Assembly: GCA_002189035.1 (NCBI GenBank)
Contig: CM007992.1
Location: forward strand, 2,852,001 to 2,916,000
DNA from: Utricularia gibba
Lineage: Eukaryota; Plantae; Magnoliophyta
Direction of reading: 5' to 3'
DNA: 64,000 nt
Part shown: piece after piece, positions 50,141 to 64,000 of the stretch
Position numbering within the stretch: position 1 is the stretch's first letter
Layout of the letters: each line of letters begins with the position of its first letter
Program-made: the position numbers and the translations under genes
Notes under the pieces: generated by a model
What the model was told of the DNA's origin: nothing
Seen by the model: only the letters and a program-made list of their open reading frames with translations
Databases searched by the model: none

Positions 50141-52394
50141 TCATTTAAAAAAAGAGGCTTGTTGTGGCAATGGCAACTGCTGTAGTTGGTGAACAACATG
50201 CGACATTCTCGGTCGCATCGACGGCACATGCTGCGTACAAGAATACACAAGATCCACCACCTTTTGGATGGTGGTAGCCTCTGGGATTATGGAGGATGAG
50301 GAGGATGATATCAGGGGGTCCAAGAGCTCTACATATCGATGAGCTTGGACCAGTGGTGTAGCCCATTCGAATATGCTCCGCCATCCTACGGAGTCCACTG
50401 CCTGTGCTGGTTTGCGCCCACTAACAATCTCAAGTAAAAGCACTCCGAAGCTGTAGACATCGCTCCTTGTTGTGAGCTCGTTTCTGTACACAAACTCGGG
50501 AGCAAGATAACCGTGAGTGCCACCGGCTACTACCCTTCTGTCATGCATTGCCTCGAGAGGAAGAAACTTTGAAAGGCCAACTCCCATAAGATGTGCACCA
50601 TATTCCTCGTCAAGAAGCACATTTGCTGCACGGATATCCCGGTGCACAACTTGAGGTTTCACTTTGTCATGTAGGAACCTGTGGGTGAATAAGATTAAAT
50701 GAGTACAAATTCAAACAGAAGAGAACACAAATACAGCTCAGGAAATCATTCTCACGCGATTCCTTGTGCAAGAGTTGTGGCTATTTTCATTCTCACTGTC
50801 CAATCCAGTGTCCTTCCTCCTCTTGGAATGTGATGTAGCCATCTATCTAAAGGTCCATTGGCAATAAACTCATAGATAATATAACGATCACCGTGGTCAT
50901 AACAGCATCCCTTCACTGCTACCAGATTTGGATGATGTAATTTAGCAATCTTTCCGATTTCAGAGTAAAACTCTTTTTTCTTTTGAAAGCTAGACCTCTC
51001 AAGTCTTTTGACTGCCACTCTAGAGCCACATGGTAGAAGTCCGCTGTAAGTTCCACCAGTTTTTGCATCACCAAGAAGACGGTTACCCTCACTGAAATTC
51101 TTTGTCACAGACTTCAGTTCTTCAACGTTGAAGACTCTCCATGGCCGAGGAACTAATGCCAATTCAGACAGGTTGGACTGTTTCCGTGATTTTCTACGCC
51201 TTTTGTTTTGCCTGTAGATGAGAAGCCACAGCACCACAGCCAGGGTAGTACAGAAGATCAGACCACTCACGACAGAAAGAATGATAAGATACTCCTGGTG
51301 ACAGCGCATTCCATGGCATCTGCTTTCTGAAATAGCAGCAATATGAGCAAATGGATGATTTAAAATTTCAAACAAGTCAAAGTGGAAGAAGATAAGGAGA
51401 GTGATGCTTTTATTCACCAAAATTTCTATGTATTATAGAGTCTATGACATACCCATGTCAAGCATGCATAAAAAAGGATGAGGAGCATTGCATCTTTCAG
51501 CTGTAACAAAGGTAGTACGATTTATGATGACTCCACACAACTCTGTTAAGTTACTGTCAAGGCAAGAGTGATTGGAGCAAGCTGATCCAACCGGACTAAA
51601 AGACCCATTCCAGTAATATGTATTATCAGACCACTTCCACGCTCCATTGACTACTCTCCCACCAACCCAGCATCCACTCGTGATTTCACCACACAGGCTT
51701 TGAAGCCATATTAATTCTTCTCTTGATGTTACAGATGCCAGATGTGCATCATAAGCCATGCATTGTTTCTCAGACTCATCCCACGACTCATGGTTTTCAA
51801 AATAAGCAATACACTGTGTTCTATTCGAACTTCTGCTCCAGCCTGAAGGGCAAGACACTGCAGCACAAGGACAATAACTATAAACAAGAAACATAAAGCA
51901 CATTCCATATAAGCGTTTTCACTTCACTCAAGGTAAGGTAGCAGAAAAATGCCGACAAAACAAAAGCGAAAACAAAATGGCAAGTGTGTCCATAATCACA
52001 TAGGATGCAGGTTACTTCATACTTGCACAAGATGAAAATAATGTATTTTCAATGCATCAGCTAAAACAATCAATCACTCGATAGTTATGAGTTCAAGCAC
52101 ACGAGGGGATCCCAAAAGGAGCAAATAATACAAACCTCTGCCGTCAGCTTGGTATGAAGGGGGAGACATTAAAGGAGACACAAAAGAATCCGTAAATCCC
52201 TGAAAATCCAAGAAGCAAGCAATAACATGGCAACCAGCCAGCTCCAAAATCAGTTATTCAAATAAGAAAATCACATCTTCATGAACACAGATACAAAGTC
52301 AAAGCTTTATAAGCAGTCTAACCGAGTTAGAAGTGGGAAACAACAGCATGAGAAAATAAATCAGCAGCCCAAGATCCGTCCTGCCGCCCATCAT
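50141..52394 (-). CDS. C-type lectin receptor-like kinase (At1g52310-like)
   Basis: Signal-peptide exon 52394-52323 (MMGGRTDLGLLIYFLMLLFPTSNS); C-lectin domain CPSGW...WDESEKQC...CWVGG...WKWSD; TM segment; kinase VAVKRL, HRDIRAANVLL, GTHGYLAPEF, SDVYSFGVLLLE. The short second exon (~52139-52201) is uncertain. Confidence 0.9.
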
Positions 52395-53432
52395 AATTTA
52401 CCGATTGATAAACCAAATCCCAATTAGGGAAACTGCACCCACATCAGTAAGTAAAGGAACTCCATTTACGGAATCCCAGAAGTCAGATTTCAGCCGGTGC
52501 CAAGTTTCTAGTAAGGTCAAAGGAGAAAGCTGAGTAAAACAGCTATAGGGTTTCCAGTTTCTACATCCCTGACACCATACCACAGTTGTCCGTTGTAGAA
52601 TTGAGGTGAATTGAACCCCGCTTAGAAGCGCAAGAGAGCAGCAGCGGAAAGTAGTTCCTTCAGTTTTCCGGTTTCTGTCGATAGTGATACGGCAGTTAAT
52701 TAATTACAACCACGTTACATTACACACATCAATTCCACTCCAAAATAAATTTTATTAATAAATTTATAAAATTATTATTAATAAATATATTTAAATATGT
52801 ATTTACCCATAAAAATTACTTTTTTTTTTACTCCAAATATTTATCAACTCTTATTCTATCAAAATTTTCAATTCTATTAAAATTAATTATATAGTGATTT
52901 TTTCAAACGTTAACTTAATTTTTATATTGAATACTAATTTTACCAAAATTGAAAGTAGTCATAAACCATTTATACCAATTAGTGAAATAATAAGAACTTA
53001 CAATACCAATTTGATTTCAAGAATGAGCATGTCAAATATTAAAACAACGGGTATCAATTGGTTTTTATATGGTGAAGATTAATTATGTCCTATATTTAAA
53101 TAGTAAAGATGAAAATACATAGAGTATGAAATTTTAAAAATTAAATATGTACGATACATTAAACTATAAGAACTAATTATACTCAATACTAACAAATTTG
53201 GAAACCAATTATATCACTAGAAATGAAATACATAATTTATATTAAATAATGTAAACTAATTTTGTCAAAACATCAATTATAACAAAGCATTTCAGCTACG
53301 GAACAATATCTTGATTCTTGATAAAGAAAGCCAGTTTACAAGTCTATCTCAAGATGAATCAGAAGCAGGGCAGGCATTTGTGATGAGGAGCATAAACCTC
53401 AAAAAGGCACAGAGACACAAGCCGCAGCGCTT

Positions 53433-54181
53433 CTAAGAAGCCTCGGGAGCTGGTTGAGTGACACCGGACTTGATCAACAGCTTAGTTAAGGTCTCAGGGA
53501 GCAAACCTGATACTTAACTTTGCCATGCGAAAGAAACACCTCGGCTAACTCGAGCTTCTCTGATGTGAGGCTGGTGCTGTCCATTGTTTTACTAAGCACC
53601 TTCAGAGCAAGCTCAATAGCCTCCTCCCGAGTTATCTCATCCTTGTAGTCCTGCTTAAGCATTGATTGTGCTGCCTGATTGTTTGCTCCAACTGCAGCAG
53701 CCTTCCAACCACTGTAATTTCCACTTGGATCGCTCATGTAGAGCTGAAACCCATAGTTCTTGTCCCAACCTGCAAACAGAAAGGAAACTCCAAATGGCCT
53801 AAGTCCACCGAATTGTGTGTAACCTTGCTTGGTGTCGCAGAGTGATTGAACAAGCTGTTCCACAGGCATTGGTTCTTGGTAGGAAAAAGTGTAGCGTTGA
53901 GCTTGGATTCTTGCTGTGTTGATGAGGATGTTGGCATCTGACATGATTCCAGCAACAGCACAAGCCACATGATCATCAATCTTGTACATTTTTTCGGTAG
54001 ATGCTGATGTCTGTAGAAGCTTGGAGGTCACTTTCTTTTCACCGATCAGAACAACCCCATCTACAGCTAATATGCCAATGGCGCTACCAGCATTTCCAAT
54101 GGCCTCCATAGCATACTCAACTTGATAGAGACGACCTTCAGGTGAGAAGATTGTTGTACGGCTATCGTATCTTCGAGACAT
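53433..54181 (-). CDS. PAC1: 20S proteasome subunit alpha type-4 (alpha3/PAC), intronless CDS; apparent frameshift at 53497-53499
   Basis: [28 protein letters not shown]... Adding one base at the G-run restores the C-terminus [22 protein letters not shown] (stop 53433-53435), matching remembered plant PAC C-termini. Confidence 0.95.
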
Positions 54182-55271
54182 TCTGACTGTTCTACTGCAG
54201 AAACTGTGGAACAGAAGATCGGGTTCTGATTCAACTAAAAAACTGCTACATGATAATTAAATTTGACACATAACAGTGAAGACAACACAAACATGCACAG
54301 GACTAGAAAAAGAGGAACTATAAACTAATGCGTGTAAACAGAGATGATCACCACTGCAATTTCGCAAAACCTTCCCTTAAATTTTTAAACTGCCAATACT
54401 CATAATGCTACTTCAAAACTCCAATAGGATAGGCAGGTACAAAATAGTCAAGACGCAATCTTTGATGAATAAAAACACAGGCAAGTCCTTTTAAACATCT
54501 GACACTAATAACGCGGAACCTCCCAAATTCACCATTAACCACCCAAAACTCCCCATTCAACTCAACCACAAAAACCCTCGTCCCACAGTTCAAAATTCAA
54601 GGGATGCAATTAAACAAATATAACACCAAAAATACAATCCACTTCTCAATTACAAAATTAAGGTTTTTTCCTTGAACCCATATTCCCCTGCGACATTTTG
54701 CAAATCAAACCCAATCTCTACTGATTCAAGAAAAGAAACCCACGGGAGTAGGCATAAATAAGGAGAAATAGAGAAACAAACCGGTTATTGATCCACGAAC
54801 AGATCTGATCTGTGACCACAAACTCAGGAATTTCAGCAGCAGAATGAGGTTTAAACGCTGAATTGCACAACACGAGTGGATTGACAAACAAGAAACCGGC
54901 GAAGTAACGTGTGGGCCCAATATAGAATCCATTGGGCTTTACTTCAAATAGCCCGATAGAGGGTAGAATAGTAAATGCCAGTGGATATCGTTCGTTTGGC
55001 AGCGCGCTCTGTTTGATCTGCATCAATACTATCTGGATAACCCATCACATATGAGGTGCGAAGGTTGGTGGAGGATGTTGGAAGAGGAAGAGGACCATGG
55101 AGGATGATGTATACATAGAGGATGGTGGATGCTTCGAAAACTGTTCATCACTCTGGCTATGATCAATTCTTTTGCGGTGCTATGAAAACTGAGTTTTCAT
55201 TTCTGCAAGGTATTTGTATTTGTGTGCAGTTTTGTGGATGACCCGGAACATGATTTTCTGCTGCGAATGCA

Positions 55272-57839
55272 ATGTCTCTTACATGTGTATGCACTCTGGC
55301 GCTTCCACTCAACGGTGATTCTAAGCATTTATGGACTGAAACTCTTCGTTCCCAGACAAGCTCTGGTGCCTATGGCCAAGCCCTTTCCACATTCAGTCAC
55401 ATGTGGGGCTCCGGAGTTTTTCCGGATAAGTATGCTTTTCCTGTGGTTTTGAAGGCCGCAACTGCGCTTCAAGACTTGAATTTTGGCCAGCAGGTTCACG
55501 CATCTGCTGTCAAGCTTGGGCATTGTGGTAACTCGGTTGCTGTTTGTAATTCACTGTTGCATTTGTATGGTCAATGTGGGGATTCTCTTTGCCATGTATT
55601 GAAGTTGTTCGACGGAATGCCTGAAAGGGACCAAGTTTCTTGGAACTCTTTTATACATGCTCTTTGTCAACATGAGGAGTGGGAGTTGGCTTTAGAGGCG
55701 TTTCGATGTATGCAATTGGAATTGATTGAGCCAAGTTCATTCACTTTTGTTGGCATTACTCTGGCATGTTGTAACTTGAACACACACCTTGGAATAAGGC
55801 TTGGGAAGCAAATTCATGCCTACAGTCTGAGAGTTGATGGCGGAAACGCTTTTACCAACAATTCCTTGATGACAATGTATGCCAAGTTAGGTCGAATTGA
55901 AGATGCTAATATTGTGTTTGATAAGTTTGCTAATCGCAACATTGTTTCGTGGAATGCAATTTTAAGTATTTTCTCACAGTTAGGTAGGTTTGATGAGGTC
56001 ATAGAATTTTTGTACTTGATGAAGGATGAAGGATTTATGCCTGATGCTGTCACAATTTCGACTGTGCTCCCTGCGTGTTCACATTTGGGCCTAATGAAAC
56101 TTGGGAAAGAAATTCATGCGTATGCATTCAGGAACGGCGGTTTAGTAGAAAATCCCTTCATAGCCAGCGCTCTGGTGGATATGTATTGCAGCTGCAGACA
56201 AGTCATGAATGGCCGCTGTGTTTTTGATAATACTGTCCATCGGAAACTAGAGCTCTGGAACTCCATGCTCGCTGGTTATACTGAAAATGGACTTTTTATG
56301 GAAGCACTGGCTTTGTTCATGGAATTGATGCTTGTCTCTAATCTTTTACCAAACCCGACTACTGTATCTTGTGTTCTTCCAGCATGTGTCCAGTGTGACG
56401 CGTTGGAAGGTAAAGAGGCTTTGCATGGATATATCTTGAAACTGGGTCTTGGGAGGAACACATATGTACAAAATGCTTTGATGGATATGTATTTCAGGAT
56501 TGGAAATGCCAAGAGCTCGAGATTAATATTTCAAAATATTGAGAGCAAGGATGTAGTTTCTTGGAACACAATGATCACTGGATGTGGGATTTCTGGTTAC
56601 TATGAAGATGCGCTGATTTGGTTGAGTAAAATGAGTGATCAGAAAGCTCAACAAAGCAGTCGCTTCGATGACAACACTGATACCCTGTTGAAACCTAATT
56701 CTGTGACACTAATAGCTGTGCTTCCTGGCTGTGCTGCTCTCGCAACTCTAGCTAAAGGAAAAGAGATTCATGCCTATGCTATTCGGAATGCATTAGAGAG
56801 AGATGTTGCTGTTGGAAGTGCATTGATTGATATGTATGCAAAGTGTGGATGCTTAGATAATGCCTGGGCAGTTTTCAATGGCATGCCATTCCAAAATGTG
56901 ATAACATGGAACATAATGATCATGGCTTATGGGATGCACGGAGATGGGGTGGGAGCCATGAATCTTTTTAAGAGCATGGTGTCTGAAAGTCACAGAGATG
57001 GAGATGTGAAGCCCAATGAGGTAACCTTCATTGCAACTATTGCAGCTTGTAGTCACTCTGGCTTGGTTGATGAAGGCCAGCTGTTGTTCGAAAGAATGAA
57101 GGAAGACTATGGTGTTGAACCTACTTCCGAGCACTACACTTGCATTGTCGACTTGCTTGGCCGAGCCGGTCGACTGAATGAAGCGCACAGAATTATCAAT
57201 TCCATGCCTCCTCAGTATGACAAGATTGGAGCATGGTGCAGTTTGTTGGGAGCTTCCAGAATCCACAAAGATGTACACCTTGGAGAAATATCAGGCCTGA
57301 ATCTCGTTCACCTGGAACCAAATGTTGCTAGTCACTATGTCATGCTCTCCAACATCTACTCCTCTGCAGGGCTCTGGGAAAAAGCTGACCAAATCCGGAA
57401 AAACATGAAAGAGTTGGGGGTGCAGAAAGAACCCGGTTGCAGTTGGATAGAATTTGATGGTAAGGTTCACAAGTTTTTAGCCGGAGACAGGTCGCACCCA
57501 CAAAGCGAGGAGCTGTACAAGTACCTGGATGATTTGTATATCAGAATGAAAGGTGAAGGGTTTGTTCCGGACACATCATGCGTCCTTCACAGAGTCAATG
57601 AGCAGGAAAAGGAGAGCTTACTCTGTGGACACAGCGAGCGGCTGGCCATTGCATTTGGCATCATGAATACTCCTCCCGGCACCACGATTCGAGTAGCCAA
57701 GAATCTGAGAGTCTGCAATGACTGTCATTCCGCCACCAAGTTCATTTCTAAGATTGTGGGTAGAAAGATTGTTGTTCGGGATGTGAAGAGATTCCATCAT
57801 TTCCAGGAGGGAGCTTGTTCCTGTGGGGACTTTTGGTGA
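55272..57839 (+). CDS. PLS-class DYW PPR RNA-editing factor (At3g57430/OTP84-like), intronless
   Basis: PLS repeats, E domain PGCSWIE, deaminase motifs HSERLA and RVCNDCH, C-terminal CSCGDFW. The N-terminal repeats resemble remembered OTP84. Confidence 0.92.
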   Translation: MSLTCVCTLALPLNGDSKHLWTETLRSQTSSGAYGQALSTFSHMWGSGVFPDKYAFPVVLKAATALQDLNFGQQVHASAVKLGHCGNSVAVCNSLLHLYGQCGDSLCHVLKLFDGMPERDQVSWNSFIHALCQHEEWELALEAFRCMQLELIEPSSFTFVGITLACCNLNTHLGIRLGKQIHAYSLRVDGGNAFTNNSLMTMYAKLGRIEDANIVFDKFANRNIVSWNAILSIFSQLGRFDEVIEFLYLMKDEGFMPDAVTISTVLPACSHLGLMKLGKEIHAYAFRNGGLVENPFIASALVDMYCSCRQVMNGRCVFDNTVHRKLELWNSMLAGYTENGLFMEALALFMELMLVSNLLPNPTTVSCVLPACVQCDALEGKEALHGYILKLGLGRNTYVQNALMDMYFRIGNAKSSRLIFQNIESKDVVSWNTMITGCGISGYYEDALIWLSKMSDQKAQQSSRFDDNTDTLLKPNSVTLIAVLPGCAALATLAKGKEIHAYAIRNALERDVAVGSALIDMYAKCGCLDNAWAVFNGMPFQNVITWNIMIMAYGMHGDGVGAMNLFKSMVSESHRDGDVKPNEVTFIATIAACSHSGLVDEGQLLFERMKEDYGVEPTSEHYTCIVDLLGRAGRLNEAHRIINSMPPQYDKIGAWCSLLGASRIHKDVHLGEISGLNLVHLEPNVASHYVMLSNIYSSAGLWEKADQIRKNMKELGVQKEPGCSWIEFDGKVHKFLAGDRSHPQSEELYKYLDDLYIRMKGEGFVPDTSCVLHRVNEQEKESLLCGHSERLAIAFGIMNTPPGTTIRVAKNLRVCNDCHSATKFISKIVGRKIVVRDVKRFHHFQEGACSCGDFW

Positions 57840-57989
57840 AAAAGCTTGTACTATAGCATACAAATGAACAGAATCACTTCTAAAAGACTTGACCATACAA
57901 ACATATTCATCCATAGAAACGCGAACACTTATCCAGATAAATCCGCAAGGTACAGAATCACTCAGCTTTTGATGCTGCTAAGGTTCTCA

Positions 57990-60258
<2,269 letters not shown>

Positions 60259-60568
60259 TGCTTCCCGGGAAGAGGAATCAGTGGGCGGGTCTAGCCGTTG
60301 TATCGCCGCGATGCGGATAGGGAGCACATCCCTGATTGGCTCCCCACCTAATATATAACCAATTGTCAACAGATTTTTAATTTATCCATGGTTGATTTTC
60401 TTTTCCAATTTCTTTTAATGTAAAAAAAAAGGTATTCGGCCCATTAACTCTCGGACCACGCCTGGGCCCAAATAAACTGGGTCTAGGTCCAAAATCTCAT
60501 GTTCTGTGGATAAGCAAGCCCATTTCAGTTCATCTTCTTCACGATGAATTGCGACCGCTTCCAGTGAG
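60259..60568. promoter_or_regulatory. Compact divergent promoter region shared by CPOX and the TPR gene
   Basis: 310 bp between divergent ATGs; site II-like GGCCCA (60438), TGGGCCCA (60463) and AGCCCA (60517). Confidence 0.6.
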
Positions 60569-63500
60569 ATGGCTGCTCCTCAGCTGCATTTTTGTTCATG
60601 TCGTGTCATGTCATTTGTCCCTTATGCGGATATCGGAATTAGGACAACGATGCCACTTCGCTGTGCAGGTTCCTCTGCTCCTGGACGAGGTTTTGGCGGG
60701 AAATCAGGGAAGAAGGATGACAGGTATGTAAATGTCACTCTATGGACACACTTTGCATTTTTTTGTCCATGATTTGGTATCCCGTGATCTACTTTGCTGA
60801 TTTCCTACAGGAAAACTAAAATGGCCCCTGGAAAACCTCAGCGTAAGTCTGAAACTTTATGCTTCGTTTTTTTTTTTTTTTATTTTGTGATGCATGTTAA
60901 AGGCGTGAGCTTCAATTTTATCTTTCTGCAGAAGCGCCTGGTTTAAATTTTAATGCTGATCAAGGAACTAGATATGCCTCTGCTGATGATATGGAGTTCG
61001 AGCAGCGTCTCCAAGCAGTTAGAAAGTGTGCATCTCATCGTTTTCTATTGCTTTTGTTCCGATCATTAAGATTCTCCGCCTTGAGTTTGTTTTTTATGCT
61101 AAATACATTGACTTTTATGAAGGTCTGCTCTTGAGCGGAAAAAAGTAGAGGCGGTGAAGGAATTTGGGGCTATTGATTATGAGGCTCCAACTGAAACTAG
61201 TAGCAACCAATCTGCTCTGGGATCTAAGGTAATATCGATAGTGTGCCAAGTGATTTTGGTTAGTTGTCACGTATATGTTCTGGCCTCTATCCGATATGTT
61301 TTTTTCATGAATCTAGAATGTAATTGGAATTGGGTTAGGAGTTGTCGCATTTGCCCTGGTGTTTGCTCTAGGGGATTTTGTTCCTTTTGGAAGGTATGTG
61401 TACAAGAAGTCACAGATTCAACAAATTTATGTGGCATTTCTCTGTTTTTATAGGCTTCGGTACAGCTTTATGTATATGGTTCAAAATGAGTTTTTGCTTG
61501 CATTTGCTTATAGTTTGCACTTAGAATGCAAGTTCATATCTTGTTATTTTTGCATGTCACTTTATGATGGTTGTGAATTCTCAGCAACGCAGCAGGTTCC
61601 CCCTGCTGCTTTATCCATCTGATCCTGTTGGGAACTTGATATTGCTAAATTCCAAATGAAACTTGAAACATTTAGCGAGAGGTACTTGATACTACACCAG
61701 TTTATTCGGTAGGAAAAAAGATGCCACCATAGAGTAGGCCATCCTTCTTTGATTAAGTCAAACTAAGACTTAACGTGAGCTGGAGGATTGAGTGTTATTT
61801 TTGGTCAAGACATCTGATAAATCTAAAGCTGGAAGTGTGTTGTATGTTAATCCTCTGAATCGCGTGCAGTTCACTTGGTGTCCTGACTTATCTATATTTA
61901 TTGAAGCGTTCATGATTATGAAACTGAATTTAAAAAAAATATATTTAAGCATTGGCCCTACAGAGGAGGTGTCTACTGTTAAGAGCATTTCAGAAGAAGA
62001 GAGAGCAAATCTTGAGGTGAGAATATCGAAAACGAGTTTTTTTTTTTTTCATCTTTGATGGATCATCGAATGTTATCTGATGTTTTGCAGAAGAAGCTGA
62101 AGCAATATGAAGAAGCACTTGATGCCTCACCTGAAGATCCAATTGCTCTTGAAGTGAGTTGCCGAAGGAGTAACCGTATAATCTAAATTGAATGTTTTGA
62201 CTACTCAACTGAATTGATGCCTTTGTGAGTTTGGTGTGCATGCATTTGAAACAACATGGTGTCTATTGAAGTCATCATATTTAATTCTTACAAACTGCAT
62301 ATTGTACGTAGTAGGGTCTAATCATATATTGCTGCAAGTGCATCATTGCTCACATGATTTTTACCTGGGAAACGTATTCTGAAGATCTCATGTTAAGCCA
62401 CAGTTGCAAAAAGCACTACTGAGCTCAATAAGAATCCCTTCTTTTATTTTTTTTCTCAGGGAGCTTCAATGACCTTAATGGAAATGGGGGAGAACAAAAG
62501 AACACTATCATTGCTTGAAGACTCTGTAAAGGTTTTTTTTTTTCTTTTGTCTCATTCAAAAATGTTCAGATTGCTTATTTTTTTTAAATAAATCATCTTA
62601 ATTTGCAGAGAATGCCAAGTAATCCTAATGCATTTCGCTTGCTTGGTGAAATAAAGTATGAGCTTAAAGATTATGAAGGAAGTGTCCTTGCATATAGAAG
62701 TGCTGAACGAGTAAGTGCACTGTGGATCATTCACAGATCAAGAATATGCCTTGTTTCAATGCCCAGAAAATTCCATTAAGCACCAGGTGTCATCTTGTCT
62801 TTTTGAGAATTTTTAATGTAGGCTTCAAGATATATTGATTCCGACATATTGGGAGGACTCACGAATTCATTGCTGGCTGCCAAAAGACCTGACGAGGTTG
62901 CTGAAAATAAAATGAAAGAAGCTTTTACAAGTCTTAAAATTCTATTCCTGCCAAAGTGCCATGTTTTCATGGATCATCTGTTAAGTATGATGCACGTTGA
63001 TTATATCGAATTTTTCTTTATGTGTAGGCTGTGAAATTGCTCCTGGCATCTCGTGAGCGCTTGAACAATGAAAACTCCATCAGGAATGACGGAAGCACAG
63101 AATCTTCCAAATCTGATATAGATCCTATTCAAGTCAGTGTCCTAATTCATGTGACAACTCATGCTCTAAATTTCGTTTGTGGTTTAGCATACTGACGATA
63201 ACAGTTTTCCAGGTTGAGATGCTTCTTGGAAAGGCATATGCTGAGTGGGGGCATGTCAGTGATGCTATATCTGTTTATGATAAACTCATCGCCAACCATC
63301 CAGATGATTTCAGGGGCTACTTGGCGAAGGTTTGATACTTAAGTTCATTGCTCCTCATCTTCTATTTCATGCAAAGTTTTGGATCAAGTGCCCCATCCAG
63401 TTTCGACAGATCCATTAAATGCCTGCTTTCATTGGTCATGTTAAGATTGCTACTCAGGAAACTTACCTTCTACCATGAGCAGTTGGCTACTGTCTGAACA

Positions 63501-63729
63501 TGTGTAAATGATGCATGCAGGGAGTTCTGTTGAAGGAGAATGGTAACAAAGGCGATGCAGAGAGAATGTTTATACAGGTTAGTAGAGAGCACTCCTCGTT
63601 GTAGGCCAGTTTAGTGTGAAGTCTTCCTTCAGGATCAGACTCAGTTGAAGGTCTCTCTCTGTGAATGAACAGGCGCGTTTCTTCGCACCTGATAAGGTGA
63701 AGGCGTTTGTGGATAAATACTCCAGGTGA
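60569..63729 (+). CDS. Plastid membrane-anchored TPR protein (At1g78915-like), many short exons
   Basis: Transit peptide with GRGFG; FEQRLQAVR; AIDYEAP; TM segment; TPR repeats (QYEEAL...ALEGA, AFRLLGEIKYELKDYEGS, LLGKAYAEWGHVSDAISVYDKL, DFRGYLAKGVLLKENG..GDAERMFIQARFFAP); stop 63727-63729. Confidence 0.87.
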
Positions 63730-64000
63730 AGTTCACCAGTTGTATGTGTATATATATACACCAAGCGTGGAACAGGTAAAAGCTGCTGAATAGAAATCAT
63801 CCTCATTTTTTTAACATGAACCGGAGGCAGAGTAAATACATTACAGTCTTTTCAATATAAACGTGGTTGTGCCTTTGAACCGAATGACATCACCCCACAG
63901 TTTACACTTTTAGAAAACTGTTCATTATCAATTTCTATCTCATATTTAGATAAAATATTTACATATAAGATGATCATTTTTTTATATTTATTTAAAAAGG

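Noticed and set aside
50555-50600. Kinase lacks DFG (HLMGVGLSKF)
   Set aside because: As I recall, this is the normal state of At1g52310-type C-lectin RLKs, not a novelty.
54718-55026. 102-aa ORF between PAC1 and the DYW-PPR gene
   Set aside because: Spans promoter and 5'-UTR sequence with site II motifs, and has no motif or homology I recognise.

Overview
Gene-dense eudicot nuclear DNA with intron-containing genes; no prokaryotic features, rRNA, tRNA genes or CRISPR arrays were seen. Genes in order: BAP31 3' part (+), P-class PPR (+), 75-aa WADQW-type small protein (-), 95-aa secreted Gly-rich peptide (+), ABCI20-like ATPase (-), PUX3/4-like SEP-UBX protein (+), GIP1-like protein (-), an At1g16860/At1g78880-like pseudogene missed by the ORF track (-), an uncharacterised protein (-), NAL1-like trypsin-fold protease (-), an orphan-like PRPRWW protein (+), KUP/HAK K+ transporter (+), C-type lectin RLK (-), proteasome alpha-4 (-), DYW-PPR (+), coproporphyrinogen III oxidase (-) and a plastid TPR protein (+). 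There are two nested transposon stacks: a short-LTR Copia (5578-9501) with a 1.27-kb solo LTR inside its RT, and a minus-strand Copia (22464 to about 30992) with a hAT element (8-bp TSD) inside its gag. There is also a Tourist-like MITE. I found no convincing wholly new multi-gene system. The strongest oddities are: (i) both Copia elements appear primed by non-initiator-Met tRNAs (Leu and Trp); (ii) the NAL1 homologue has an intact catalytic triad but a Gly-to-stop change before its basic C-terminal motif; (iii) three conserved genes each lack one base in a plus-strand G-run, probably an assembly artefact; (iv) CPOX and a Pitt-like TPR gene share a 310-bp divergent promoter. Family assignments and tRNA matches come from remembered sequences, not database searches.
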